A stretch of DNA of 64,000 nt. Source: Lama guanicoe. Its lineage: Eukaryota. The translations under genes and the position numbers were made by a program. Of this stretch, positions 41,268 through 53,735 are shown one piece after another. The stretch covers positions 124,001 to 188,000 of the forward strand of contig MU053487.1 of assembly GCA_013239625.1 (NCBI GenBank). The letters are read 5' to 3'. The notes beneath the pieces are model-generated. The model ran no database searches. It had not been told where the DNA came from and saw nothing but the letters and a program-made list of their open reading frames with translations. The first letter of the stretch is position 1. Each line of letters opens with the position of its first letter.

Positions 41268-41383
41268 GGTGGGTGGATACAGCTCAGTGGTAGAGTCACT
41301 GCCTCGCGTGCGTGAGGTCCTGGGTTCAATCCCTAGTACCTCCACTAAAGGGGAAGGCGGGGACCCACGAAAAAAGAAAAAAA
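41268..41383 (+). mobile_element. tRNA-Ala-derived SINE at the edge of the SUSD5 promoter
   Basis: atacagctcagtggtagag...gaggtcctgggttcaatccctagtacctcca plus A tail. Confidence 0.85.
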
Positions 41384-42143
41384 GATTCTTCCAGTCTGGT
41401 AGGCTGGGCATTTTATATTATAAATAAGTGACGCAGTGACTTATACTGCAGTGGTTTCTGCCCTACATTGATCCTTTCTTCCCCCTCAACCCCTGTCCTG
41501 TCTCCCATCAACAGAATGTGGGGTTTTGCATTCTTTATAGGTGGAGTGATAAAGACCAGTATTGTCATAACACCCAGAGCACTCTGCAGTTTAGAGACTC
41601 CTTCCCTCTTCATGTACTGGTCAACACATGTTTATTGAGTTCCCACAGCCTGCCGGCCCCTGTGCTAGACCCTGAAAGAGGCTGCAGTCTGTCCTAAAAA
41701 TGTTCACACTTAAGACAGACAGACACTTAAGGAAGATCGAACAAGTGATTGGTGCTAAAAGGGACAGATGATTGTCCCCATGACAATGAACTAGGACAGA
41801 GACATTGAAAGACTAATTGCTTTTTTTTTTTAAGTGAAGAACTGGGATTTGGACCCACATCGGATTTTCCTACAGGTGTCGTTTTTCAGCTCACATAATT
41901 TTTGAGGTCTACAAAGAAAGTATTTCCTCCCCAAATGTCAACCACAAAGCTATTACTGGTGATTAATTCCTTTGTGAGATAAAACTTTGCTTTTAAAAAA
42001 CATATACTCTAGGGTGTTAAATGCAGTGAGGCCTGACAATCATTCGCAGGTAAGTGTAAATGAGCTTACTTAGCTTCTCTTCTTCTAACAGCTAGCTGGT
42101 AACCTGAGGAGTGAGAATTCAAAAGTCTGGGCTGGAGGGGACT

Positions 42144-42287
42144 TTTTTTTTTTTTTAACTTTCTTTTTTCAGGGAGGTAATTAGGTTTACTTGTTTGTTC
42201 ATTTTTGGAGGAGATACTGGGGATTGAACCCAGGACCTCGCGCATCCTAAGCATGCACACTGCTACTTGAGATATACCATCCCTGTG
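42144..42287 (-). mobile_element. tRNA-Ala-derived SINE with tail
   Basis: TSD ggaggggact at 42134-42143 and 42288-42297. Confidence 0.9.
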
Positions 42288-42453
42288 GGAGGGGACTGTT
42301 TAAAGGCTAATTACTGCTAAGAGTGGAGAGGGGCTAGAAGGCACCTGCAGGAATTACTCATTGGTTCCCTCAGGAGCTGTGCCCACTAATGTTTTTTGAA
42401 TTGTCAGTTGGATATTACTACCTAATCCTAATGATATTTTAAAGTTTATCTTT

Positions 42454-42597
42454 TAAAAATATTTTATATGTTATTATGATTATTTAATTACTTTATTTTG
42501 GCAGGCAAGGAGGTAATTAGGTTTATTTGTTTTTAGAGGAGGTACTGGGGCAGGGGGATATGCATGTGTTCTACCACTTGAGCTATACCCTGCCCAC
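42454..42597 (-). mobile_element. tRNA-Ala-derived SINE lacking the B-box region
   Basis: A box and tail are present. TSD taaagtttatcttt at 42440-42453 and 42598-42611. Confidence 0.85.
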
Positions 42598-42659
42598 TAA
42601 AGTTTATCTTTATGCAGGTCTGTCGTGGCCTATCCCAATTTGGATAGCATTCGGTAAAG

Positions 42660-43240
42660 ATTTTTATTTTATTTTATTTATTTTTTATTGAAGTACAGTC
42701 TGTTACAATGTGTCAATTTCTGGTGTACAGCACAATGTCCCCAGTCATACAAATACATACATATATTTGTTTTCATGTCCTTTTTCACTAAAGGTTATTA
42801 CAAGATATTGAATATAGTTCCCTGTGCTATACAGAAGAAATTTAGCTTTTTGTAAATCTATTTTTATATATAGTGGCTAATTTGCAAATCTCAAACTCCC
42901 AAATTTATCCCTTCCCACCCCCTTTCCCCGGTAACCATAAAATTGTTTACTATGTCTTCGAGTCTCTTTCTGTTTTGTAGATGAGTTCATAGTGTCCTTT
43001 TTTTTTGGATTCCACATATGAGTGATATCATATGGTATTTTTCTTTCTCTATCTGGCTTACTTCACTTAGAATGACGATCTCTAGGTCCATGCATGTTGC
43101 TGCAAATTTTATTTTGTATAAATATTTTATTCTGTCTTGTGGCTGAGTAATATTCAGTTGTATAAATATACCAGAACTTCTTTATCCAGTCATCTGTCGA
43201 TGGACATTTAGGTTGCTTCTGTGTCTTGACTGTTGTATAT
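42660..43240 (-). mobile_element. LINE-1 3' end
   Basis: Same 3' UTR as the 27.3 kb and 58.3 kb copies (gttattacaagatattgaatatagttccctgtgctatacag). Confidence 0.9.
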
Positions 43241-43269
43241 ACTACATGCTATAAAGGTTTAATTGATAC

Positions 43270-43905
43270 ACCTGCTTTAGAAAACTGTTGGACTATTTCA
43301 TATAATGGTAAATAGGCACCTCCCGCTAAGACACAGACTTCCACTCCTAGATGTAAATCCAAAACAAATGAAAACTTATGTCCACAAAAAGATTTATACA
43401 CAAATTTCATAGCAGCTTTATTCACAGTAATTTAAAATTGTCCTAAAAAAAATTGCCTCACACTTAAGACAGACACTTAAGAAAGATTGAGCAAGAGATT
43501 GGTGCTGAAAGGAACAGATGATTTCCTAAAAGCAACCCAAAGGTCATCAACAGGTGAATAGAAAAACAAACTGTGTCATATTTATGCAGTAGAATACCCT
43601 TCAACACTAAGAGGAATGAAATGCTGATACACTCAGTAACATGGATGAATCTCAGAAATGTCCTGCTGTGTGAAAGAAGCCTTACTCAAAAGAGTTCCTA
43701 CTGTATGATTCCATTTATATGTCATTTCACGGAGGGGCAGAACTAATCTGTGGTGACAACAGTACGGTGGCCACTTTCCAGGAGGTGGTACGTGGTGGAA
43801 ATGTTCTGTATCTTGATGAGGATGATGGTCAGCTGAGTGTATCCACTTGTCAAACCTGACCGAACCGCTCATTTAAAATCTGTGCATTTTGTTGAATGTT
43901 ATTTA
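43270..43905 (+). mobile_element. Old L1M-type ORF2 end and 3' UTR
   Basis: atgaaaacttatgtccacaaaaaga, acatggatgaatctcagaa, tactgtatgattccatttatatg, ggaaatgttctgtatcttgat. Confidence 0.8.
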
Positions 43906-43934
43906 AACCTTAATAGCAAATATTTCCAAAACAG

Positions 43935-44400
43935 TAAGTTCAGTCCTTGCCCCAAAGAATAAGTGGATTTAATAGAAGAGAGTTTAATGGAAGGACCACA
44001 GACAGAGATGTGGGCAGGCTTAAAAGAACCAATGAGGGTTGGTAAAGCTCTTTGGACTGTCAACAGCAGGAAGCCATCACCACCTGGTGGCCTGAAGGTG
44101 TGAAGGGAGGTGGAGGTGTTATAAAATCTCAGCAAGAGCATGGTCATGGAAGAGAGGTTGGCCACTCCATAATCACTGCCAGTGGTCAGGTGGGGAGGGA
44201 GTGGGGAAGACAGACCCCAACCTCTCTCACCTACCCTTCAGATTCCTCCTGATGCCTCCTGGTGGTTGACCCATTTGACAGCTGGAGGGCGAAGGAACAC
44301 AGGGACCACAGTCCTCAGAGGTCTTCCTCGCAGGGCGCAGAGTCAGGCAGAGAAGGGAGAGCAGGAGCAGTGGATCCAGAGAGAAAAAGCGGCACAGTCC
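43935..44400 (-). mobile_element. ERV-L class LTR (LTR33-like)
   Basis: Minus strand ends cctgcccacatctct...gtccttccattaaactctcttc...aggactga, like recalled LTR33 3' ends. Lies downstream of the ERV-L internal fragment on the same strand. Confidence 0.55.
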
Positions 44401-44533
44401 CATCTAATTCTCTTCTTTCATCTAGACAAAGATAATTTGGAACAGAACAGGGGGAACACAAAGTTCTACCCGTTTCTGTCTGATCTGGGAATATGTCAAT
44501 TCAATCAAACTCTCACTTGGACGGTAAACTGTA

Positions 44534-44668
44534 TTTTTGTCTTTTGTTTTTTGATGGGGGAAGGTAATTAAGTTTATTTGTTTATTTTTAATGGAGGTAC
44601 CGGGGATTGAATCCAGGACCTCCTGCATAGGCACACATTCTACCACTGAGCTATACCCTCCCTCCTCA
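44534..44668 (-). mobile_element. tRNA-Ala-derived SINE with tail
   Basis: TSD gac(g/a)gtaaactgta at 44520-44533 and 44669-44682. Confidence 0.9.
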
Positions 44669-44759
44669 GACAGTAAACTGTAATATTAACCAACATCAGT
44701 GGGTATTTTCACATAAACAGAAAAGGGAAAAAGTAAATGCTTTTCCGCAAATCTAGATG

Positions 44760-45310
44760 CTACAGTTTCCACGCCCATGACTGGCCAAGTTGGGTTATGT
44801 GATAACCATTGCAATGTTCCCCTTCCACCCTCTGAGCATCTTGGCTTACGTGATTTGTTTTACACCGGTGGGAAGGATCCAAGCCTGCCTTCCTTCTAAG
44901 GACCTGTCTTTATTCGTTTGTCGTGTTTTCTCACTGACTGCTGCTATCTGGGATCTAGACACAGTCATCCATGCCCCCGTTCTGTAGCAGCGACCCAATT
45001 TCCCCGTGGTAATCAGGATCAATCACCAGCTAGCAGAGTAACCTTCTTCTGTGTCCACTGGAGAGCAAGCTTAGCTTGCAATTTATTGGCACGTGTCTGA
45101 GTATTTACTAGTGGAATCATGTTTCCCTGGCCCATCCAAACCTTCCGGTTCACCAGTCTAAATGGTGAATGGTATACAAAACTTTGGTAAGTGGGTTGTT
45201 GTATATAATAGAAGGGAAGTCGTTCCCACTTCCACTCCTGGGTTCTTAGTGTGTTCTGTCTGTAAGAGAAATGACACCGTGTGTTGGTTGCTGGCTTAAT
45301 GCCATATGAC
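44760..45310 (-). mobile_element. Degraded ERV-L internal region (integrase end and dUTPase-like domain)
   Basis: 45026 down to 44955 translates VIDPDYHGEIGSLLQNGGMDDCV*, preceded across a frameshift by QKKVTLLA. Upstream ALSQQPTHGVISLTDRTH / NPGVEVG resembles ERV-L integrase-dUTPase sequence. Confidence 0.85.
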
Positions 45311-47896
45311 CAACTTCTTCCTTTCAAGGGTGGTATGCAGAACGATCAACCATATAAATCGAGTGTGCTCACTCCTTGTGGTCTCTGGTCATGGTGGAAA
45401 AAGTATTCAAAGTCCCCAGCCAGCCGCTCAGTTTATTCGGCACTTTTTAAGTGGCCTGAAATTTGCACGAGGCCACGAGCCAGCAGGTCAGGGAGAAGTG
45501 CGGGACATTATAGGTTAGGTTTATGAGAAATATGTGCAGGAAACAGCCTGAGGAATCCTGCTTTGGAGCACTTAGCGTGTAGTTTGAAAGCTTTTGCTCC
45601 ATTATATGTCCAGGTGTGAGAAAAAAGCCATAAGCTACCTCTCGAGCAACTTAGGTCACTGTGTTGTGATTATAATGGATTCTTCTCTTTCTCTGGAGAG
45701 TAAGTTTCCAGAGGGTAGGGGCAGTGTCTTACCATCTCTGTGTCCCAGTGTCAACCACAGCCCCTAATCCAGTGCCTGGCACATAACTGGTCCTCAGTGG
45801 AGGTCTGATGAATGAATGTGTGAGTACTTCCCATATTTCCACATTCCCACTGTTTCCCTCAGCACACCTGCTTGAATGCTTACTCATCTTTCTTGACCCC
45901 ATACGAGCATCCTCTCCTTGGAGAAGTCTTCTTTGTGACTAGTCCAGTCTCTCCACTGACGATTCTCTCCTTTGTGCTCCCAAGGTACCCTGAGCAGTTG
46001 TCTCAGTAATGATGGCTCTTCAGTGGAACTGTTGGTCTGCAGATCTGCTCTCCCACTCTTCTGAATGTCCTTGAGGACAGAGACCATGTCTTTTCTCTGT
46101 TTTTGTCTCAGGGACCTTGAGAAGTGCCTGGTTCTTAGCAGATTCTCAACCTTTGTTTGATGAATTCATCATACACCCAGATCTGTGGAGTTAACTTATC
46201 CAGGGACCCCCCAAGGAGAGGGTATGTCAAAGGTCATGATAATGCTCTCTGTAAAATAAGAAACTTGCCAAGGGACTGCATGGATCTCGTCTTAGCATCT
46301 TCTTTTTAGCGAAGCAACCAAGTTCACTTACATTCTTCTACCTCTGGTAGGTAGTGCCCTGCCGAGCACATAGTAGGCATTTAATTAAGCTTTGATGAGC
46401 GGAAGGATGAGTAAATGAGCCTCAAAAGCAGTGTACATCAGCCAATGTAGATTTCAGCTTGATGGATCCGAAGCAGTCTCTCAGATCATCTGCCTTGAGT
46501 CCAAAGCCTGGAGAACCAAAAAAAAAAAAAAAAAAAATCATTGCAGAATGTAGCGTTTACATGCAGGCTGCCTTCAGGGCTACGGACGGACGTTGTGGGC
46601 TGGGTCCTGAGTAAACACAGACTACACTGAAGAGCTATTGTGGGCACTGGGAGTTCTTTCAAGTTCCTCTGGGGTCTGAACTTGGTTTGCAGCTGGAGCC
46701 AAGTCCCTACCAAGCCCCACTCCTTTTTTGGCAATTGGATGATTAAAAGAAAACCATCCAGGGTGTAGCAGTTAGCAGCGGGCTGCCAATGGTAGGGAAA
46801 TTTTATTTTGTTTACTCAGACTGTTTGCATCTAATCTAATGAAGAGAAAGAATGAGCCCTCAGAAAGCAATTCTGAAGACTTGGTTCCAAAGGAAGACAG
46901 GCTTTGGACTTGGCAGGACGGCAGTTCAGGGCAGCCAAGGAGCAGAGCTGCAGGATAAGACTTATTTCCAGATGGGTGTAATCTACAGGTTGCTTCTGTA
47001 CTGGTTTTTCAAACATCTCCTGCAATCCCCGGGTTGAATTCTGCAGTGTTCACTGAAGACTTTGATCCTTGTTGAGATGCAAATGCCATTGAAAGGAAAG
47101 GAGTCAGAGGAATGAATTTAAGTCTGACGCTTGCAACTTAATATCCCTATGAATACATCACTGTCACATCTCTGGGCCCCGGTTTCTTAACCTATAAAAT
47201 AGGGATGAAAGTGTTACCTAATGTACAGGATTTCTGAGATGAGAATTACTTTGTAGATGAAAAAACTTTCTACAGATGTAACTTTCATCAATAATTTCTA
47301 GACACATGGTGCCTCAGCACACTGCATCTCTCTGCAAACCATCTGAGGGCAAGAACTGGGTCTTGTTTTTTATCTGCAACTTTTAATTCAGTACATGGTG
47401 CAGAGTAGATGCCCAAGAAAGGGGAGAAGAATTGAGCAAGGCTACTTTACAGCAGCAGGAAGGACAGATGTACTGCAGTTTTCTATCATGTCTAACATTA
47501 AGAGCCTCACTTCTTTAAAGGTCACAGAGTAACCACTGAACTATGTCCTTTTTCTCCAGGAAAGCAGGGCAGACTTATCATTTCCGCCGAATTCCCTGTG
47601 GAACTCTCAGCCCTTAAACACGAAGACTCATATGCTGGGGACTGTTCATCCCAGATCTCACTAAGATAGTCCGTGTGGCAATAGCTGACAGTGCTGTCTT
47701 GCCCTTTGGTATACCTGTACTGGCCAGGCAATGCACTCAAACCCTCCTTTCCAGAAGAATGGTCCTTATGTACATGGGACATGGTGAGAAGGCAGGAAAA
47801 ACCCAACCCAACGATGTGACATGTTAAATATCCCTCATCTTAGCCCGTATGTTGATTTCAGTTTTTACTGAAGTACAGCAAAGGCATAGATATTTT

Positions 47897-48768
47897 TATG
47901 ACTTTAAAAAAAAATTGAAGTATAGTTGATTTACAATGTTGTGTTAGTTTCTGGTGTACAGCAGAGTGATTCAGTTATACATATATATGTTGTTTTCATA
48001 TTCTTTTTCGTGATAGGCTAATAAAAGGTTTTGAATATAGTTCCCTGTGCTGTACAGTAGGACCTTGTTGTTTATCTTTTTTATAGATAGTAGTTTGTAT
48101 CTGCTAATCCCAAATTCCTAATTTATCCCTCCTGCCCCCTCTTTTCCTCTCTGGTAACCATAAATTGGTTTTCTATGTCTGTGAGTCTGTTTCTGTTTTC
48201 TAAATAAGTTCATTTGTGTCATTTTTTAAGATTCCACATATAAGTGATATCATATGGTGTTTGTCTTTCTGTCTGACTTACTTCACTTAGTATGATAATC
48301 TAAGGTCCATTCATGTTGCTGCAAATGGAATTATTTCATTCTTTTTATGACTGAGTAGTATTCTATGGTATATATAACCCCAACTTCTTTATCCCGTCAT
48401 TTGTTGATGGACATTTAGGTTGTTTCGATGTGTTGGCTATTGTAAATAGTGCTGCTATGAACACTGGGGGGCATGTATCTTTTCGAATTAGAGTTTTCTC
48501 AGGACATATGCCCAGGAGTGGGATTGCTGGATCATATGGTAACTCTATTTTTAGTTTTTTAAGGAACCTCCATACTGTTTCCATAGTAGCTGCACCAATT
48601 TACATTCCCACCAGCAGTGTAGGAGGGTTCCCTTTTCTCCACACCTTCCAGCATTTATCGTTTGTGGACTTTTAAATGATGGCCATTCTGACTGGTCTGA
48701 AGTAACATCTCATTGTGGTTTTGATTTGCTTTTCTCTGATAATTAGCAATATTGAGCATCTTTTCATG
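47897..48768 (-). mobile_element. 5'-truncated LINE-1
   Basis: ORF 48363-48584 is an L1 ORF2 C-terminus. Perfect 16-bp TSD aaggcatagatatttt at 47881-47896 and 48769-48784. Confidence 0.95.
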
Positions 48769-48884
48769 AAGGCATAGATATTTTAAATTTTACTTCGAGA
48801 AGTAGTGTGATAGAGGGGGCTTGGCCATCAGAAAACTGGCTTCTGCTTTTCTTCTCTTGTCAACCTATTGGTCTAATCATTTCT

Positions 48885-49015
48885 AAGCTCTATTTTCTTG
48901 GTGTGTGTGGGGGAATTAGGTTTGCTTGTTTGTTTTCAGAGGAGGTCCTGGGGATTGAACCCAGGACCTGTGTATGCTAAACATGCACCCTACCACTGAG
49001 CTCTACCCTTCTGCC
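48885..49015 (-). mobile_element. tRNA-Ala-derived SINE
   Basis: TSD ttggtctaatcatttct at 48868-48884 and 49016-49032. Confidence 0.9.
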
Positions 49016-49048
49016 TTGGTCTAATCATTTCTTTACCCTCTATTTCTT

Positions 49049-49205
49049 TTTTTTTTTTCTTTTTCTTTTTTAATGTATTTTCTTCTTTTAGGGGGTGGGT
49101 AATTAAGTTTACTTATTTATTATTAATGGAGGTACTGGGGATTGAACCCAGGACCTCGTGCATGCTAAGCAGGCACTCTACCACTGAGCTATACCCTCCC
49201 CCTTG
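49049..49205 (-). mobile_element. tRNA-Ala-derived SINE, near-consensus copy
   Basis: Minus reads gggtatagctcagtggtagagtgcctgcttagcatgcacgaggtcctgggttcaatccccagtacctcca plus tail. TSD ccctcta(t/c)ttctt at 49036-49048 and 49206-49218. Confidence 0.92.
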
Positions 49206-51589
49206 CCCTCTACTTCTTATTCCATAAAGCCAGCAATGAAGAAGGGACTTCCAAGGAGACTTCATTATTCTCCTTGGGTCCAGTGCCCTTTCCCTCATGC
49301 ATGGTTGTTTTCTGTGTTTGGAGTGCCTCCTGTTGGCCAAGCTGGAGTCTCTACCCCCATTTGTCAGGGCATGGGACCAAATGCATACCCTGCTGGAAAG
49401 GGAGTTGGATGGGTTGCTTGGGTCTGCCACACAAGCTATCTGGAAGGGGAAGGAGACTCCAGCAGGAAGAGGGTAGAGGTTTATGTAAGCTGCCCAAGGG
49501 CTGAGAAAAGAGCTGTAACGGGTCCCCAAACAGAGATGCATCCACAAGGGACACGGGAGCCCAGACAGGTGGAGGGGAGAAGACTTAATGCTCAACACAG
49601 TTGTGGATTTTGATTGCTAACTGTCTAGTGCCAATTTCTGACTCGAAACTGTTTGCAAATTTAAGTGATAGTGGGACCATTACCTTGAAGTGGAAAAAAT
49701 CCATGGAACCACTGGGAGTTGAGGGACAGGGGTGATTAAACCCATGAAATATTGTTGAAAGTAACAGTGGAAGGCAAAAGTAAACTTGTGCTTTGATCAC
49801 AATCCACATATCACCTCTGTTTAAGATGCCAACTCATATATGTTAAAATTTTTAAAATTTATTTGGAGCCCTAGTTTACAGTCTGAAGTTGTAATATTAA
49901 GCTGTGGGCAAATACTTTCTCTTTTAAATATTATGTACTGGAAGCTAAAACCACTCACTGCTGAGTTTGCAAATCAACAATAATTACGTTAAGTCGTCTA
50001 TAAATAACAGTAGGAATATACACATGACAATTTTCCAGGCAGTAAACTAGAATTGACTTGGATCCAGACAGATAGTTGGGAAAGGGGGGAGATATATGTT
50101 CTGTGGGTCTCCTGTGTTCCCTACAGTGGGTAGCAGAGTGCTGAACAGAGAAACAAGTGGGTTCTGCCCCTTGGTGGCACTGTGACCGTGGGCAAATTGC
50201 TCAGCTCCCATTCATTGATTTAGCAAACGAATGATGGGGAAACAAGAAGGTGAGAAGCAGTCTCAAAGAACATTCAAGTTGGAGGAGGTTGACAGCTGAT
50301 ATCTAGGGGTAATGCCGGGTTGTGATCAAGAGAGGGCATCCAGAGCACATGGGAGATAACTGTCTGTGCAAACAGCCACTGGGGGACCCACCAGACATTG
50401 AATTAATGCCCAATTAAACCCTGTTTAATTAGAGCATTCCTGCTCTGGGAAGACTCGCGTTTTCTGTGTCTTGGATTGCTAGGCATGACATCTGCTGTCT
50501 TAGTGCCTGTTTTTCTTACGCCATCCATAAAATGGTGGTCAGGCTTGCTTTAATTTATTTTTAAAAGGTAGAAATAGCCTTGGGAGAGTAATTAGAAGCC
50601 CACTGCTTTTTGTTACATTATATTTTAAGGCAGCATATTTTCCTGTCTACTGACTTTTAAGAGGGCCCCGCCAAATTGTGTGTGTAAGAGTAAATGGACA
50701 AATAAAAGGATTGCTCTGTACTAGCAGGACTTGGTGGTTAAAGAACTTTATCTTCATTCACATGAAAAAAATAAACAAATTCTTGCCTTCAGCTTCTCCA
50801 GTTTCCACAAAAATGCACAATGTGTGCCTACAGAAGCAAAAGGCAAAAAAGATGCAAAGAATGACTCAGTATTCAGAGGAAAAGGTTCTGTTACCAGTGA
50901 ACTGAGGGCATCATATATAGTGATTAGGTGGTGATATTGACCAAATTATTGGGGGAAAAAAATGGAGGAGCCGTAAGTTCTTTTGAAATAGTGCAGAGGA
51001 AAAGCAGCTATAAACACAGTATGTTAAAAAAACAGTTCCCAAATGCCAAAGAAGTTGTCTGGCAACTCTCTTACCCAAACGTCTTCTGTTCTTACTCCAA
51101 AATGCCCTTTTCACCAGTATAACTCTAATAATTTTTTGAAGTTTTGATTTTACAAGTCAAAATGAATTCATTCACTTACAAAAAATTAAAATGTTATATA
51201 AAGATTATATTCAAAATGTTATATATATAGAGAAAGAGAGAGAGAGGAGTTGGTTTGACTACCAACTCTTTCAAAGACGGACCCTAACCTTACCAGAGAT
51301 AGCCAATGTTACGAGTTCAGTGGGGACTATTAAAAAAGAATGTAGGAGATCTGTATGTTCTAATATAGAATTCCAAGACACACTGTTGAGAAAACAAAGA
51401 AATTTCCTGAATATACGTTATGATATTAATTCTTGTAAAACATTAAAGTACGCGCTACACAATACTGTCTGGTATCTATGTCTGTATAGCTATATCGTGT
51501 TTATTTAGTTCTATTTATGTCGGTGCTATCTGTGCTTGCATCCATCCATATGGCATGAAAAGAAAAGGCTTAAAGGAATTTTCACTTCT

Positions 51590-51885
51590 TCTTAAAAAAT
51601 TGTTTTTAATTGAAGCATAGTCAGCTTACAATGTTATGTCAGTTTCTAGTGTACAGCATCATGTCCCAGTCATACATACACATACATATACTCCTTTTCA
51701 TGTTCTTTTTCTTGTAGGTTACTACAAGATATTAAATATAGTTCCCTGTGCTCTACAGTAGAACCTTGTTGTTTTTCTATTTTCTAGATAGTAGTTAGCA
51801 TCTGCAAATCTTGAACTCCCAGTTTATCCCTTTCCACCCTCTATCCTCGCTGGTAACCATAGGTTTGTTTTCTATGTCTGTGCGC
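51590..51885 (-). mobile_element. Short LINE-1 3' end
   Basis: Same 3' UTR family. Perfect TSD aggaattttcacttct at 51574-51589 and 51886-51901. Confidence 0.9.
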
Positions 51886-52270
51886 AGGAATTTTCACTTC
51901 TGATAATGGTGAAATAAATTAGATAAGTCTCTTTCTGTGGATAAGGACGTTTAAAAACCTGTGCAAAATTTAATAACAGTACCTAAAATTGTCAAGCATC
52001 TGATGAGATGGTAAGTAACTGTTAGACTAGGGCAGGTGCTCTGGGATAGCTTAGGGGTTAGGACCTCTTTCCCTGCTGGGGGATTATTTACTCATTTCAG
52101 AGGGGACTGCTGAGAGGATGAGAATCTGAAGGGTTGTTTTGATTGCCTTGTCAGGCTGAGGAGCCTGGACAATGACCCAGTGCAACCAAGAAGGGGTGTT
52201 CCTTTGCTTTGTGTTGGGACCTCAGTGCTCCACATTAGTAATAAGGTTATACAAGAAAAGGCTGGTTCTT

Positions 52271-52421
52271 ATAGTTAATATCGGGTAGTAACCTATAATG
52301 AAAAAAGTACATGAAAATGAATATGTGTATGTATCTGTGTGACTGAACTATGATGCTGTACACTAGAAAACTGACACAGCATTGTAAACTGACTGTACTT
52401 CAATTAAAAATAAAAGAACAC
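52271..52421 (+). mobile_element. Very short LINE-1 3' tail
   Basis: ...cattgtaaactgactgtacttcaattaaaaataaaa. Perfect TSD gaaaaggctggttctt at 52255-52270 and 52422-52437. Confidence 0.88.
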
Positions 52422-52619
52422 GAAAAGGCTGGTTCTTGGAGAGATTTCAACTCAGCTTTGAATAATCTGATTCATGAATTTGGTTTAAAGTTAACTCATT
52501 TCTTGGGCATCCATGTGCCTGCCAGAAATAAGTATCTGTTCTCTAGAGGAAAAAGACATTATTCTGGGGAACGAATTTAGTCTACTAACAATTTTGCAAA
52601 TATCTATCTGAACAACAAT

Positions 52620-53730
52620 TAAAATAAAACAGGCACACAAAAGACAAAAAGGAGAAAAAATAAAAAACAACAGAAATAACATCATAAAAAGAAAACCGGA
52701 GAGAAACCAGATATTGGAGCTATCAGATTCAGACTTTCAGATGCCTATTCATTGTATTCAGGGAGATACAAGACAAGCCTGAGAAATATGGCAGAGTACT
52801 AGACACCATAAAAAAATTAAAAATTAAAGTCTACAACTAAAAATTATACTTGAAGTGAAAAACTCAGTGACTATTTTTCACAGCAGATTAAACTTTGCTG
52901 AAGAAAGATTTTGTGAACTTGAAGATATGTTGGAAGAAAATACCCAGAATTAAACATAAAGAGACAAAAGGAAGAAAATATAAAAGAAAAAGGGAAATAA
53001 GAGATATAGTATATAATTCTCTGTGAAGATCAATCACGTGATAACTTAAGTTTTAGCAGGAAAGGGGAGGAAGAATGGGGCAGATAAATATTTTAAGAGA
53101 TTACAGCTGAGAGTTTTTCTCAACTGATGAGAGATATCAAACCACAGATCCTAGAAGACATACAAAGCCACCCAGGATCAGTACAAAGAAAGCCATACGT
53201 GGGCACATTATAGTAAAACTGCGGAAACCCAAAGACACAAATAAAATCTTAAAATGCTAAGGGGAAAAAGAGAGGTCACCTTCAAAGGAGAGAGAACTAA
53301 ACCTACAGATGATTTCCCTGTAGAAACAATGAGAATCCAAAGACAAAAGAATAATATATTTAAATTACAGAGAGAAAATGACTGCCAACTAAGATTTCTA
53401 TGGCCAGTGAAAACATCCTTTGTGAAGGAAGGTGAAATAAGGACCTTTTGGTTTCAGACATACAAAAACTACGTAACTTAACACCATAGTAAAGAAAATA
53501 CCAAAAGTGTTCTTTTGGGAAAAGGAAAATGTCTATGATGGAAGACCAGAGATACAGTGAGAATGAGAATGAATAAATAGGTAAATACTGAGGATTGCTG
53601 GCTGCATAAAACAACAATAAGTTCTTATGGGGTTTTAAATGTTTAATAAACTAAAATACATGAAAACAGCATACAAGTTGGGAGGGAGAAATGGAGTTAA
53701 GATGTTCTAAGTTCGTTGTATTGTTCAGGA
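52620..53730 (+). mobile_element. Old LINE-1 ORF1 region
   Basis: ORF 53254-53481 (REVTFKGERTKPTDDFPVETMRIQRQKNNIFKLQRENDCQLRFLWPVKTSFVKEGEIRTF) resembles the L1 ORF1p C-terminus. Confidence 0.8.
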
Positions 53731-53735
53731 AGGGG

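Noticed and set aside
49125..49197. Apparent tRNA-Ala(AGC) gene (also 9410-9480, 37205-37276 and others)
   Set aside because: Each has an A-rich tail, most have TSDs, and they carry scattered substitutions, so they are SINE copies rather than tRNA genes.
50640..51122. Cluster of short plus-strand ORFs that look coding-like (possible pseudogene)
   Set aside because: No recognisable family, no poly(A) or TSD, and no consistent splice signals. Only a BLASTx hit would revive it.
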